A DNA stretch of 64,000 nucleotides from IMG/VR virus record IMGVR_UViG_3300038465_000091, positions 62,001 to 126,000 of that record, one strand, 5' to 3'. Of this stretch, positions 48,901 through 57,156 are shown piece by piece (within the stretch, counting starts at the first letter, position 1; the number at the start of each line of letters is the position of its first letter). The position numbers and the translations under genes are program-made. Below the pieces are notes generated by a model. It was given only the letters and a program-made list of their open reading frames with translations, had not been told where the DNA came from and ran no database searches.

Positions 48901-50219
48901 CTACGGGATCAGCAATTCAAAACTTCGAGCAGGTGGTGGTCACGTACAACCAGTTCACGGTGTACGAGCGTCCGTCGCTCATTACGGGCGAGCAGCACAT
49001 CCTCACGGGAGTGATTCCCACGCCGCTGAACAATGCCTTCAGCTTCGTAGATGATGTTTGGTTACCCGAAAGTTATGCCCCGGGTGTACCCGTTTATCCG
49101 CCCGATCTGTACCACACCCTCACGCTCGATGGTTGGGACGGCTCGTACAATACCACGGATGGCGGACTGGATGTGGTTGGCTCCACTGGACTCGTCGGGG
49201 CTCAAGTTCCATACCTTAATCGTTACATCAAGGTCACGTATAACGGTGCAGTTATGCGCGAAAACATCGACTTTACCCTTAACCAAGACCCGAATACGGA
49301 AGCATGGCAATTAACTCGTATCGGAACTGGCAGCATTCCAGACGGGCAGACCGTCGTGGTTTCGTACTTCGCTACGGAGACGTTCACGGTCAGCACCGAA
49401 TACCCAGCTTTCGTGCAGATTCTTGCAAACCAGATTGCAATCACCAAATCTGCGGCTGCGGACGTGCTTATTAAGGCGATGGTCGCAAGCCCAGTAGACA
49501 TTACGATGACCGTTACGCTTCAAGCAAATGCGTCACCCGAGGTGGTCGATTCTCAAATCCGTACGGCGATTAGCATCGTGCTCGACAACGCGCAGGGTAC
49601 ACTCTACCAGTCGGAGTTGGTTGGTCAGGTTCAGGCGATCACGGGCGTCACCAGCGTCAACTTACCGTTGCTTCGTTGTGCAAAAGCCGATGGTTCGTAT
49701 GATATTGGAGTCGTTGTCCCTACGCAAACCCCGTGGATTCCTCTGGTCCAAGACCCACTTTTCGCTCCGCTGGGGGCGACGGCATTGCCGACAAACAGCT
49801 TTATCACAACGTCAAAAGTTTTAGCCGACAGCACCATCCCATCGGGGGGATTGGCGGACGCTGTTGTTGATATGCTGTATCAAGGGCAGCTATTCCGCCG
49901 AGCATCATCGGTCGCAGATTTCCTAGCCAATAGTCCAGCAGCGGTGACTATTGCCAGCACAGCCGTGCCGGGGTCATTCTACATCTTCGGTGAAAATGAT
50001 AACGTGAATGGCACGCCGACTTCAGCATACGACGGGAGGATTGCAATCGTGGTGCCGCAAGATGTCGCCAACCCCGGTTTGTACAGCTACTTCGTGACCT
50101 ATCAGGTTTACGATGAGACGGGTGCAAGCGACATCACCGTATCGTCCACCGAATACCTGACGACTGGCAATATCGTCATCAACTATGTGACGCCCCCAGC
50201 TACGACGACGGGACAATAA
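45948..50219 (+). CDS. Baseplate J/gp6-like wedge protein
   Basis: DLSPRSEIRD, GLTR, AECTVAGSVGNVGAGTI, G.DQQSN, GCVDIY, LYQSELV...ITGVTSV. Confidence 0.8.
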   Translation: MPTPVTSLTALQLVTPILPNNVQTISVDSSVLPVVIVADANTTRIEVSIYNTTYVATTFTTATVNGVTQNTFSISVPLIPTVLEATVQILGRNYNPFGAWAPLTTFPTGYTFVDPNGNVQVATVGGVSGSYGLVGSPPTIPVQPPWSAQKGGVTLDGSGATIITWTNVGVLAVSPTIKFSLIFFQSNLAVQFGPPSGIQAFKDQTDCTLQWVTPSFTTPNISLVGVRVLLSTDPAGINPPFVQFGDLVQDISSSVNTVIDSETTTSTVGNTTVTTTSSTTMPTNYSTVDVPSSFFGAAPEFYAMFSTVIQETNPNSTTIYESQQNGPLTCGFVNLKVVSPTDFPVLQRQQDIAGRIISQIMRQQPNLDLSPRSEIRDVVVDPIAVELSSMSVREWFARCSASISAISQVDNASGNGISDPFNSSPYKPQIARAYGLNASNTQSLIDTQFNILGEQAGLTRGGTTSATTILTFFTYTQPTQSITIPENATVATIADANTPALNFITRGSAVLDVNNLNSYYNAVQGWWAVTVPAECTVAGSVGNVGAGTIRSVVNGLPSGINVTNLVAAQYGSDQQSNSQFAALIQARLVTGVDTGTRHGYRVTALQTPGIISAVIVAAGDIDMLRDWDPIRQKHVFGCVDIYTRGTTLTQQDESVTFTYGTTGTYGNLLTYLPLVLSDSQLIRFNIPTFNTLTSPIYTAVELVVTRGSSNFYLGIERAQIDNVGGNIFINPNDPCYQYVGSGATTAKIPLLINGNPATNQTAVAALASASGSYTFGLFARLQSSLLHTPILQPVIDVDSVTGETGETGSVSSPLIELIHTSDFLLYGGSNKAGDEVNVSTTTSAPVTKTITASTATPAIIDIAMDVPLSATGVPQDIISVLSTDLSTKYIWGVDYTVVALDTYHTYGLNLLTSTVPITNIEISGDVLTVTGPNNFGAGAVVALSQLGVAQFLSGQNVTVATASPSQFTATYSHADYASATDSGLATGSAIQNFEQVVVTYNQFTVYERPSLITGEQHILTGVIPTPLNNAFSFVDDVWLPESYAPGVPVYPPDLYHTLTLDGWDGSYNTTDGGLDVVGSTGLVGAQVPYLNRYIKVTYNGAVMRENIDFTLNQDPNTEAWQLTRIGTGSIPDGQTVVVSYFATETFTVSTEYPAFVQILANQIAITKSAAADVLIKAMVASPVDITMTVTLQANASPEVVDSQIRTAISIVLDNAQGTLYQSELVGQVQAITGVTSVNLPLLRCAKADGSYDIGVVVPTQTPWIPLVQDPLFAPLGATALPTNSFITTSKVLADSTIPSGGLADAVVDMLYQGQLFRRASSVADFLANSPAAVTIASTAVPGSFYIFGENDNVNGTPTSAYDGRIAIVVPQDVANPGLYSYFVTYQVYDETGASDITVSSTEYLTTGNIVINYVTPPATTTGQ

Positions 50220-52918
50220 TGGCGACAATAACCAACATTGTCGAGACAGCGGGTAGCGTCGTCACACTCACCGTCAACAGTGGGTACACGTTCGCAGTGG
50301 GTAGTATCGTCCAGATGTGGGGATTGACCACGGGCTGGTGGTTGAATGGGCGAATTGTCACCCTTTTAACGGGTACGACCAACACGTCACTGGTATTCGC
50401 CGATCCGACGCAAAACGGTCCTCAACCCTCAGTTGAGGAAACGGGTCAAGTAGCGATATTCATACCCCAAAACGTGCTGCCTGACGAGTTGTATCTCCAG
50501 CCAAGAGAAAATCTACTTCCTTATGAAGACGCACGTTTCAACTCTTTGATTCAATCCGTTGCAAACTTCTACATGACTCGCAACGACCAGAGCACATGGG
50601 GCAACTGTCTTCGCGCTGTTGCCATGGAGTTGTCAAGACTGGAATATTACTACGCCTACGACCTTATCAACAAAGTTCCGTCCTATTTGACGCCGCCAGA
50701 TATCCGCCGACGTTGGGCTGATCCGTGCTATGTGAGTTCCTATTGGCCGAGTCCCACACAGTTTGATCTCGATTTCAAAACGATGCTCGTGGATTTGATC
50801 GCCGCCTACCGTCTGGGCTCCACTGTGGTCAGTATCCAAGACGTGATCTTTGCCTACACGGGCATCAACATTGTGGTGGAAGAACTTTACAAATTCATTG
50901 GTGATGGTTTCTACGATCAATCCGACCGTAACGCAATCAAAGTCAGCGTCAATGTCGGCAATGTCGGCGGTCTTAATTCGTTACAGGACATTACCAATCT
51001 GGTTCAATTACAGAGCATCGTTCAAAGTCTTTATGGGGCTATCGACCTTGCAAAAGCCGCCCACGTGGGGCTTGAATTCACTACGGTTTTTGGTGAAGGC
51101 GAAGATTTGGACTGTTTAATAAGCCCAAGGTACGTGACTCAACAGATGTACGATACGCTTTCCGCTGCGATGCAAGGGTACTATCATCTGGATTCTTATG
51201 TAACGGTCAACCCAGTCCTGTTCTGGAAGCCCCTCACATCATTTGTCAACCCCAATCAAACGAATGGACTGGGGCTTGTCATTACGGATTCAAACGGCAA
51301 CCTCCAGATGGTCACCGCGATCACGACGGGTCAGACTGGTTCATCGCAGCCCGTGTGGAATCTCGCCGCTGGGGGCGTCACCGTTGACGGCAACGTGACG
51401 TGGACGAACATTTCTGCCACAGTGACGGATGTCCAGATCGTGAATAACCTGCTGACAGCAACCGTGAGCAATACATTTCTGCCAGTCACACCCACCCCCG
51501 CGACGATCAAGTTCGTGGGTCTGGGCAATGCTCAATTCCTTAATGGGCAGCAGGTGACGGTGCTTACGTCGAGCCCAACGGGATTCACCGCGACCTACGT
51601 GAGCAACGCTTACGTCACCAACGTTCAGATCGTGGGGACAACGCTCACGGTGTTGTACGCGAACAATTTTCAGCCCAATATGACCGTTGAATTTTCTGGG
51701 CTGCTCGATGCAACCTTTTTGAACGGGCAGCAGGTGGTAGTGGACACCATCATATACGGCGGTTCGCCAACTGTCGCTATTGGATTCACGGCGACGTTCT
51801 CGTTTGGTTCCCCACCAGCCGACTATCCATCCACGGCTGACTCAGGTACGGCTGCCGTGATTAGCTACCCGCTTACGCCAGAAACATTCGGCACCATCGC
51901 GTACTTCCCAGCCACACCGATACCCATTGCTCAGTATCAGGCGTTGACACCTCAGTTCCAGACCTTGTATCAGGCTCAGTACCTCAACTACTGTTGCCCC
52001 AACTATTTGCCTAATCAGTCCTGCGCGGATGTTCCGCCCGATGAACAACCGGGCATCACCGATACGCTCCGCATCATCATTCGTGAATTCGAACAACCAC
52101 CATTCGCTCCGATGCTTATTCAGGCCCCAGTTCTGGGCAGACCGTCTTTGGAAAATGGCGTCCTCACACCCGCCGAACTTATTGAATGGGATAATGAGGT
52201 AGCGAACACGTTGTTTGGGCATGAGCCCACGACAACCCTCGCGGCTTGGGGCTACAGGGTATCCGCAACTCCCGATCCGAACCTCTCAGTTATTACGACA
52301 GGTCAAAAATTGACGCCCGCGCAGTGGGCAGCTTTGCCACAGATTACTTTCACAATTACGAACGTGGTTTCGGACGGCAAGAATGCGACATACACTTACA
52401 CCGCATTGGCGAGTACCCCCGCCGCCGCGACTCCCATTGTCCCGCCGTACTTGCAATTACACGAAGGAGAACTCGTCACCATTGGGGGTTGCACAAACGG
52501 TCTTCTAAACGGTACAGCGAAGATCAAGGATGTAACGGCAACCACATTCCAAATCCCGAACCCTAACGTGGTCGTGTCGGCTCCACAGACCGCTTCAGGC
52601 AACGTCGCTCCGCTGCTTCAGTCAGCATACACGCTTCAGTACGGAAGCTACCAGTTGCTTATATCGCCGCCCGCACCGCTTGCGCCGTACCTCGGAGTTA
52701 CGCCCATCCTCAGTGCCCCGACAAACTGGGTGGAGATTGTACTCAACGTCCCGTTTGTCTTCGGTGTCCCATTGGCTCCGAATGAATACAACTTAGAAAT
52801 CACGGGTGAAGTCGCGAACTGGGATCAGACGCACCAGATGGGACTTTTGGCCCCTAGATTATCGCAAGTCTGGGAAATTTCTGGTGGAGATCAGTATTAC
52901 ATCTTTGAAGAAACGTAA
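50219..52918 (+). CDS. Baseplate/tail protein (gpI-like core with inserted beta modules)
   Basis: Follows baseplate J; DLAKAAHV motif; repeated ITNV...LTV...GL...FLNGQ.VTV modules. Confidence 0.65.
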   Translation: MATITNIVETAGSVVTLTVNSGYTFAVGSIVQMWGLTTGWWLNGRIVTLLTGTTNTSLVFADPTQNGPQPSVEETGQVAIFIPQNVLPDELYLQPRENLLPYEDARFNSLIQSVANFYMTRNDQSTWGNCLRAVAMELSRLEYYYAYDLINKVPSYLTPPDIRRRWADPCYVSSYWPSPTQFDLDFKTMLVDLIAAYRLGSTVVSIQDVIFAYTGINIVVEELYKFIGDGFYDQSDRNAIKVSVNVGNVGGLNSLQDITNLVQLQSIVQSLYGAIDLAKAAHVGLEFTTVFGEGEDLDCLISPRYVTQQMYDTLSAAMQGYYHLDSYVTVNPVLFWKPLTSFVNPNQTNGLGLVITDSNGNLQMVTAITTGQTGSSQPVWNLAAGGVTVDGNVTWTNISATVTDVQIVNNLLTATVSNTFLPVTPTPATIKFVGLGNAQFLNGQQVTVLTSSPTGFTATYVSNAYVTNVQIVGTTLTVLYANNFQPNMTVEFSGLLDATFLNGQQVVVDTIIYGGSPTVAIGFTATFSFGSPPADYPSTADSGTAAVISYPLTPETFGTIAYFPATPIPIAQYQALTPQFQTLYQAQYLNYCCPNYLPNQSCADVPPDEQPGITDTLRIIIREFEQPPFAPMLIQAPVLGRPSLENGVLTPAELIEWDNEVANTLFGHEPTTTLAAWGYRVSATPDPNLSVITTGQKLTPAQWAALPQITFTITNVVSDGKNATYTYTALASTPAAATPIVPPYLQLHEGELVTIGGCTNGLLNGTAKIKDVTATTFQIPNPNVVVSAPQTASGNVAPLLQSAYTLQYGSYQLLISPPAPLAPYLGVTPILSAPTNWVEIVLNVPFVFGVPLAPNEYNLEITGEVANWDQTHQMGLLAPRLSQVWEISGGDQYYIFEET

Positions 52919-52922
52919 ACCC

Positions 52923-53618
52923 ATGAATTACTTAGACTTACAATACGGTGTTTGTGGCGTTTACGCAATTATGAATTGTGTCAATGGGCAGGTTTACATC
53001 GGTTCGGCGATGGACATCAAACGTCGTTGGGTCGTTCATGTTAACCGACTACGAGCGGAAACTTATACTACCCACACCAGTCCCATTCTTTGGTCGGCGT
53101 GGAAGAAGTACGGTGAATCCAGCTTCGATTTTTTCGTTCTTGAAGAAGTGCCTGACCGCCTCTGGTTGATGGTTCGAGAGCAACTTTGGCTCAACGATGT
53201 TCAACCGTGGAAGCGGGAAAATGGCTATAACATTCTTCCTACCGCTGAGAGTAGGCTAGGGCACATAGCATCCGAGGAAACGCGACGTAAATCATCTGTC
53301 GCTACAACGCGAGCTAAACTCGGGAAACCGCTCTCACAAGAACACTGTGAGGCTATTTCTAGAGGACATATCGGTAAACCTTGGACTGATAAACAACGGG
53401 AGGCTGATAGAAGTAGGGCTTACATAACGGAAGATTGGCGAGCCGCCAATTCTGTCCGTACTTCTGGCGAAACCAATCCATTCTTCGGTAAGACTCACCC
53501 ATCCGAACTCTTACCGACTCTTCAACAAGCCGCTGTATTGGGTCGCCATACTCGCTGGCACGTAAACCGTGGCATCGTCAATCCCGCTTGTGGACTTTGT
53601 GAAATAGGGGTTTCATAG
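52923..53618 (+). CDS. GIY-YIG homing endonuclease with NUMOD3 repeats
   Basis: GVYAIMNCVNGQVYIGS...RW..H...KYGE..F.F.VLE...RE...GYN; HIASEETRRK and NPFFGKTH. Confidence 0.9.
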   Translation: MNYLDLQYGVCGVYAIMNCVNGQVYIGSAMDIKRRWVVHVNRLRAETYTTHTSPILWSAWKKYGESSFDFFVLEEVPDRLWLMVREQLWLNDVQPWKRENGYNILPTAESRLGHIASEETRRKSSVATTRAKLGKPLSQEHCEAISRGHIGKPWTDKQREADRSRAYITEDWRAANSVRTSGETNPFFGKTHPSELLPTLQQAAVLGRHTRWHVNRGIVNPACGLCEIGVS

Positions 53619-53622
53619 GTAT

Positions 53623-54990
53623 ATGCTTGAACACCCGCCTATCATGTACCACGGGACGAGCCATGAGAATCGTCAAAGTATTTTGGAACATGGTTTGTTG
53701 CGATCCAAGGGCGAAGCTGCACAGATGGGCGGCTATGGTGGAATCTTTCTCTCCTCAAAATACACGCCTCAAGGCGGTGGAATTGATGAATGGGAAGTAG
53801 ACGTGAGGGGCCTTGATCTTGAAGAGGACGATACAACTATCCCCGAAGATGAAGAAGACACATGGTGGGTTACCTACGATGTGGACATACCACCAGAACG
53901 GTTAAAATTGATGTCAAAAGAAAAACAGGCATCTTCTAAGCTCTCATACATCTCGTCGCCGCAAGGCATTCTGGAACTTAACGTCATCCGTGACGCAAAC
54001 CCCCGCGTGACTTTGGTGTTAGACCTCGGAATTCCCAATTTTACCGTGTTTTCCATGACCTTACCGCTGGTGGAAAACCAGCCCCAAGCCATGTCCGAAC
54101 TCTTGGCGGAAGCTATTCATGTCCTCTGCGATGAGGTCGCGAACTTCATGCTCGTGATGGACTATCAGCAGGAAATAATAGTGCAAATTTATAGTACCGT
54201 GCTCAATTGCTACAAAGGAATGAGTAAGGAGACGGACTCAGACAAAACCACGGGCGACTTGACGGAGGACGATTTTGTTAAGACGTACGCGGGCACTTTC
54301 AACCTGCCTCAATCATTCGTGAATGAAACGCAAAACCGCGTAGTCACCGCAGCCAAAGTTATCAAGCGCCCACCGAAGTGCCGTAGGATTGAATTCTCGA
54401 CGGAGAAGCCCGCAAAACCCACGACAAGCGATGTGGCTCGGGTGATCCGTCAGTACCGAGGACGTTCGCTTAGGACACAGCCAAAGCCGCTGTTTGTTGT
54501 GGTATACGATCAAGTTGGTCGTCCTTCGGGCACGCTCCCGCTCGGCCCGCAGTTTAAGAACAAGTTGCTCAATTTGGTCAATAAGAGGGGCTCCGCAGAA
54601 TTCACTAACGCCGTCACGCTGGACAACGAACATGAGATGCGTTATCTTGCGGTGGACGGTATCCCCGGCACAATCACAATCGACGGTCGCATCTACAGAC
54701 CAACAGCCACGGCGGGGCTCGATACGGCACTTTACTCGGGGGATGAGGGCGACTGGTTGGTAAAGCTTATGGATGGGCGGATTGTAGGACCCTTCCCCGG
54801 GCGTCCATGCTTTATTGACTTACGGCGTCTGAACTACCCCATTCCGAAGAATCGTAACCGCTGGCATCTTTTGAGTGAGGGGGATATTCCCGATCCTGAA
54901 CCTGAAGAGCCCGAGGAAAGCGACGAAAATGGCGTATTAGAACCTGAGGGCGGTAGTCAGGACGAAAACGCGGGGAAAATTACCCTTTAG
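53623..54990 (+). CDS. Multidomain protein with N-terminal ADP-ribosyltransferase-like (Tpt1/KptA-fold) domain
   Basis: MYHGTS..N..SILEHGL...GIFLS...EVD...IPPERL. Confidence 0.55.
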   Translation: MLEHPPIMYHGTSHENRQSILEHGLLRSKGEAAQMGGYGGIFLSSKYTPQGGGIDEWEVDVRGLDLEEDDTTIPEDEEDTWWVTYDVDIPPERLKLMSKEKQASSKLSYISSPQGILELNVIRDANPRVTLVLDLGIPNFTVFSMTLPLVENQPQAMSELLAEAIHVLCDEVANFMLVMDYQQEIIVQIYSTVLNCYKGMSKETDSDKTTGDLTEDDFVKTYAGTFNLPQSFVNETQNRVVTAAKVIKRPPKCRRIEFSTEKPAKPTTSDVARVIRQYRGRSLRTQPKPLFVVVYDQVGRPSGTLPLGPQFKNKLLNLVNKRGSAEFTNAVTLDNEHEMRYLAVDGIPGTITIDGRIYRPTATAGLDTALYSGDEGDWLVKLMDGRIVGPFPGRPCFIDLRRLNYPIPKNRNRWHLLSEGDIPDPEPEEPEESDENGVLEPEGGSQDENAGKITL

Positions 54991-55018
54991 GACTATCCCC
55001 CGCTATAACGAGGACATC

Positions 55019-55648
55019 ATGCGTAATTTTGACCAATTCGGTAGCGTTGTGTCGGACGTGAACGTCAGCATCAAGCGACAGGACACGGGCGAGACCCTGT
55101 ATCAAGCTCACAACGTCATTGTAAACACTTCAAAATTTTTGTTCGCTCGTCTTATGGCGAACGTATTCCCCAATGACCCGAATCCTCCGTACCAGCAAGG
55201 GCACGAACCCCTGTACGGCGTGTGGGGCTTGGCTCTCGGCGCAGGTTCCGCACAGTGGGCTCCAGAGACACAGCCCGATCCGACGCCCGTGCAGACGGCA
55301 CTCGTCGCCGAGTTTCTCCGTAAAAAGTTGTCCAAAGTCAACTTCGTGGACAGCAATCAAAACCCTCTGAGTACGTTGAGTACCGTGGTTGATTTCCAAA
55401 CCACGATCAATGCGACCACGGACAACATCACGCAAGGCATCCGTGAGATGGGCTTGATCGGCGGCGGCACTTTCGGTACAAATCCACCAAGCACACAGAC
55501 ACTCATGGAGACGGCTCCGTATTTCAATCCGAGCGCCATTCCTCCGGGTCCTGCGAACAGTGTCATATTGGTAAATTATCTTACCCTACCGCCGCTCGTT
55601 CTCCCACCCGGCGTGAATGTAATCATCAGTTGGATTTTACAATTTTAG
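55019..55648 (+). CDS. Baseplate/tail-fibre attachment protein
   Basis: HNVIVN...LALGAG...TALVAE..RK...IREMGL.GG...ISWILQF. Confidence 0.65.
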   Translation: MRNFDQFGSVVSDVNVSIKRQDTGETLYQAHNVIVNTSKFLFARLMANVFPNDPNPPYQQGHEPLYGVWGLALGAGSAQWAPETQPDPTPVQTALVAEFLRKKLSKVNFVDSNQNPLSTLSTVVDFQTTINATTDNITQGIREMGLIGGGTFGTNPPSTQTLMETAPYFNPSAIPPGPANSVILVNYLTLPPLVLPPGVNVIISWILQF

Positions 55649-55684
55649 CGACTGAAAAAATCTGACTTCCTCAGTGTAGTTGTA

Positions 55685-55966
55685 GTGACTGAAAACATGC
55701 TTTCCTTTTGGCCCCACATTCCGTTCGCACACATAGCCAGTGCCGTCGCCGGCGGAATTCTGGGCTATCCGTTCAAGGCAGCTTGGGACTGGTGGATCGA
55801 GACGTTCTGGATCGGCTTCAAGCTGGGTATCAAAGAATCGGAAGGCGGCAGGCGACTCATAGCGGCTTTTAATCAAGGCAAAGCCGAGGCGGAAGCGAGG
55901 ACTCTGGCGAAGCATCCCGAACTCAAGTCTGCACTCGACGAAATACACGCGAAAGAGGCCCAGTAA
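55685..55966 (+). CDS. Small membrane protein
   Basis: Hydrophobic N-terminal half. Confidence 0.55.
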   Translation: MTENMLSFWPHIPFAHIASAVAGGILGYPFKAAWDWWIETFWIGFKLGIKESEGGRRLIAAFNQGKAEAEARTLAKHPELKSALDEIHAKEAQ

Positions 55967-56112
55967 TGGCATTTTTCAAACGGTTCGCAGCGAAGGTCAA
56001 CGAAGAGGATAACGTCGTCTGCACTGCGGAAGAAGTTGACGAAGTGGTGAAAGACCGCAAGAAGCGGAAGAAGAAAAAGAAGGAAGACGATTCCTCGGAC
56101 ACCGATTCCTAA
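55966..56112 (+). CDS. Small basic/acidic protein (48 aa)
   Basis: TAATG coupling; MAFFKRFAAKV...KKRKKKKKEDD. Confidence 0.5.
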   Translation: MAFFKRFAAKVNEEDNVVCTAEEVDEVVKDRKKRKKKKKEDDSSDTDS

Positions 56113-56140
56113 AATCGCTCCCGCCGCAGTATTAGACCCT

Positions 56141-57013
56141 ATGGACAATGTAGAATGCGGGGATAGTTTAGCGGTAAAACAGCCGACCCAATCGGAAATC
56201 GGGGGTTCAAATCCAGCCTCTCCGCTCCAATCTGCACGCCAACTTGCCGAGCAACGATTCAAGACCAATCCAGTAATGTGTTTCCAGCGACATCTAATTG
56301 AAGCTTCCGCCGAGCTTAATCCTCGGGAAAAATACCCTAAAGAATTCCTGCTTCACGAAGGTGTGCGGGAGATCACTCGTGCTGAGTGTGCGACATTCAT
56401 TGAGCAGTATGAATACCTCGGCACCCTCGGTCGCGGTAGCGTGTACTACGGGTTGTTCATGCCGAATGGCGAGATGGTTGGGGCCAACTGCTTCTGCACA
56501 AGTGGCGGCGGGATTGGGAACATTTGTGGGCCTGAGTACGCGGGTAAGACCGCTAACCTAGCCCGTGGGTGTTGTGTCCTCCACGCCCCCGTCAACGCGG
56601 GCTCGTTCTTTACTGCTCGTTCAATCAAGATGGCGTATGCGAAATACGGATGGCAAGTGTACTTTGCTTACAGTGACCCCAACGCCAGTGAGAACGGCAA
56701 GCTTTACAAAATCCTGAACTGGTACTATCTTGGCGCGGGCCTCAACCATAGTGGCGGGCATAGTGACTGGTATAAGGACGGCAACAGGATCAAAAGCTAC
56801 GCCGTGTTCCGCGATGGCGGCAAGGCCCTAGTGAAGTACGGCTATGAGCCGGGCACAGGCGGGCAATGGGCGTGGCTGCGAGCTAATGGTTGGGAGCAGA
56901 GAATTGATCCCGACAAAGGGAAATTCTGCTGGTTTGAGGGCAACAAACGCGAAGTACGAGCCGCAAAAGCGGCGTGTCGCTACCCCCTTGATCTACCATT
57001 CCCAGAAAAATAA
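56141..57013 (+). CDS. mom: Mom-like (GNAT-fold) DNA adenine modification protein
   Basis: VREI...FIEQYEYLG...YYGLF...LARGCC...PVNAGSFF...AYSDP...GKLYK..NWYYLG. Confidence 0.75.
   Translation: MDNVECGDSLAVKQPTQSEIGGSNPASPLQSARQLAEQRFKTNPVMCFQRHLIEASAELNPREKYPKEFLLHEGVREITRAECATFIEQYEYLGTLGRGSVYYGLFMPNGEMVGANCFCTSGGGIGNICGPEYAGKTANLARGCCVLHAPVNAGSFFTARSIKMAYAKYGWQVYFAYSDPNASENGKLYKILNWYYLGAGLNHSGGHSDWYKDGNRIKSYAVFRDGGKALVKYGYEPGTGGQWAWLRANGWEQRIDPDKGKFCWFEGNKREVRAAKAACRYPLDLPFPEK
56157..56229 (+). ncRNA. tRNA-Gly-like element embedded in frame in the 5' end of the mom-like gene
   Basis: GCGGGGA/TCTCCGC acceptor, U73, CCA; D-arm GTTT-AGCGGTA-AAAC; T-loop GGTTCAAATCC; shortened anticodon arm CCGA-CCCAA-TCGG. 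Confidence 0.8.
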
Positions 57014-57156
57014 ATCAACTAAAATCTTCGAACTTGTGGTATTATGTAAATGCGGGATGATATCCCGCTAGTACGAGGGTCAGGGCGCAATGACCATCAC
57101 AACAGACGCGCCCCTTGGGTTTCAAAGAAACTCATTGTACAAACGAGGAGGGTCAA

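Noticed and set aside
56157-56229. A normal decoding tRNA-Gly or tRNA-Trp
   Set aside because: The anticodon arm is too short to give a canonical 5-bp stem with a 7-nt loop, so it is treated as a tRNA mimic.
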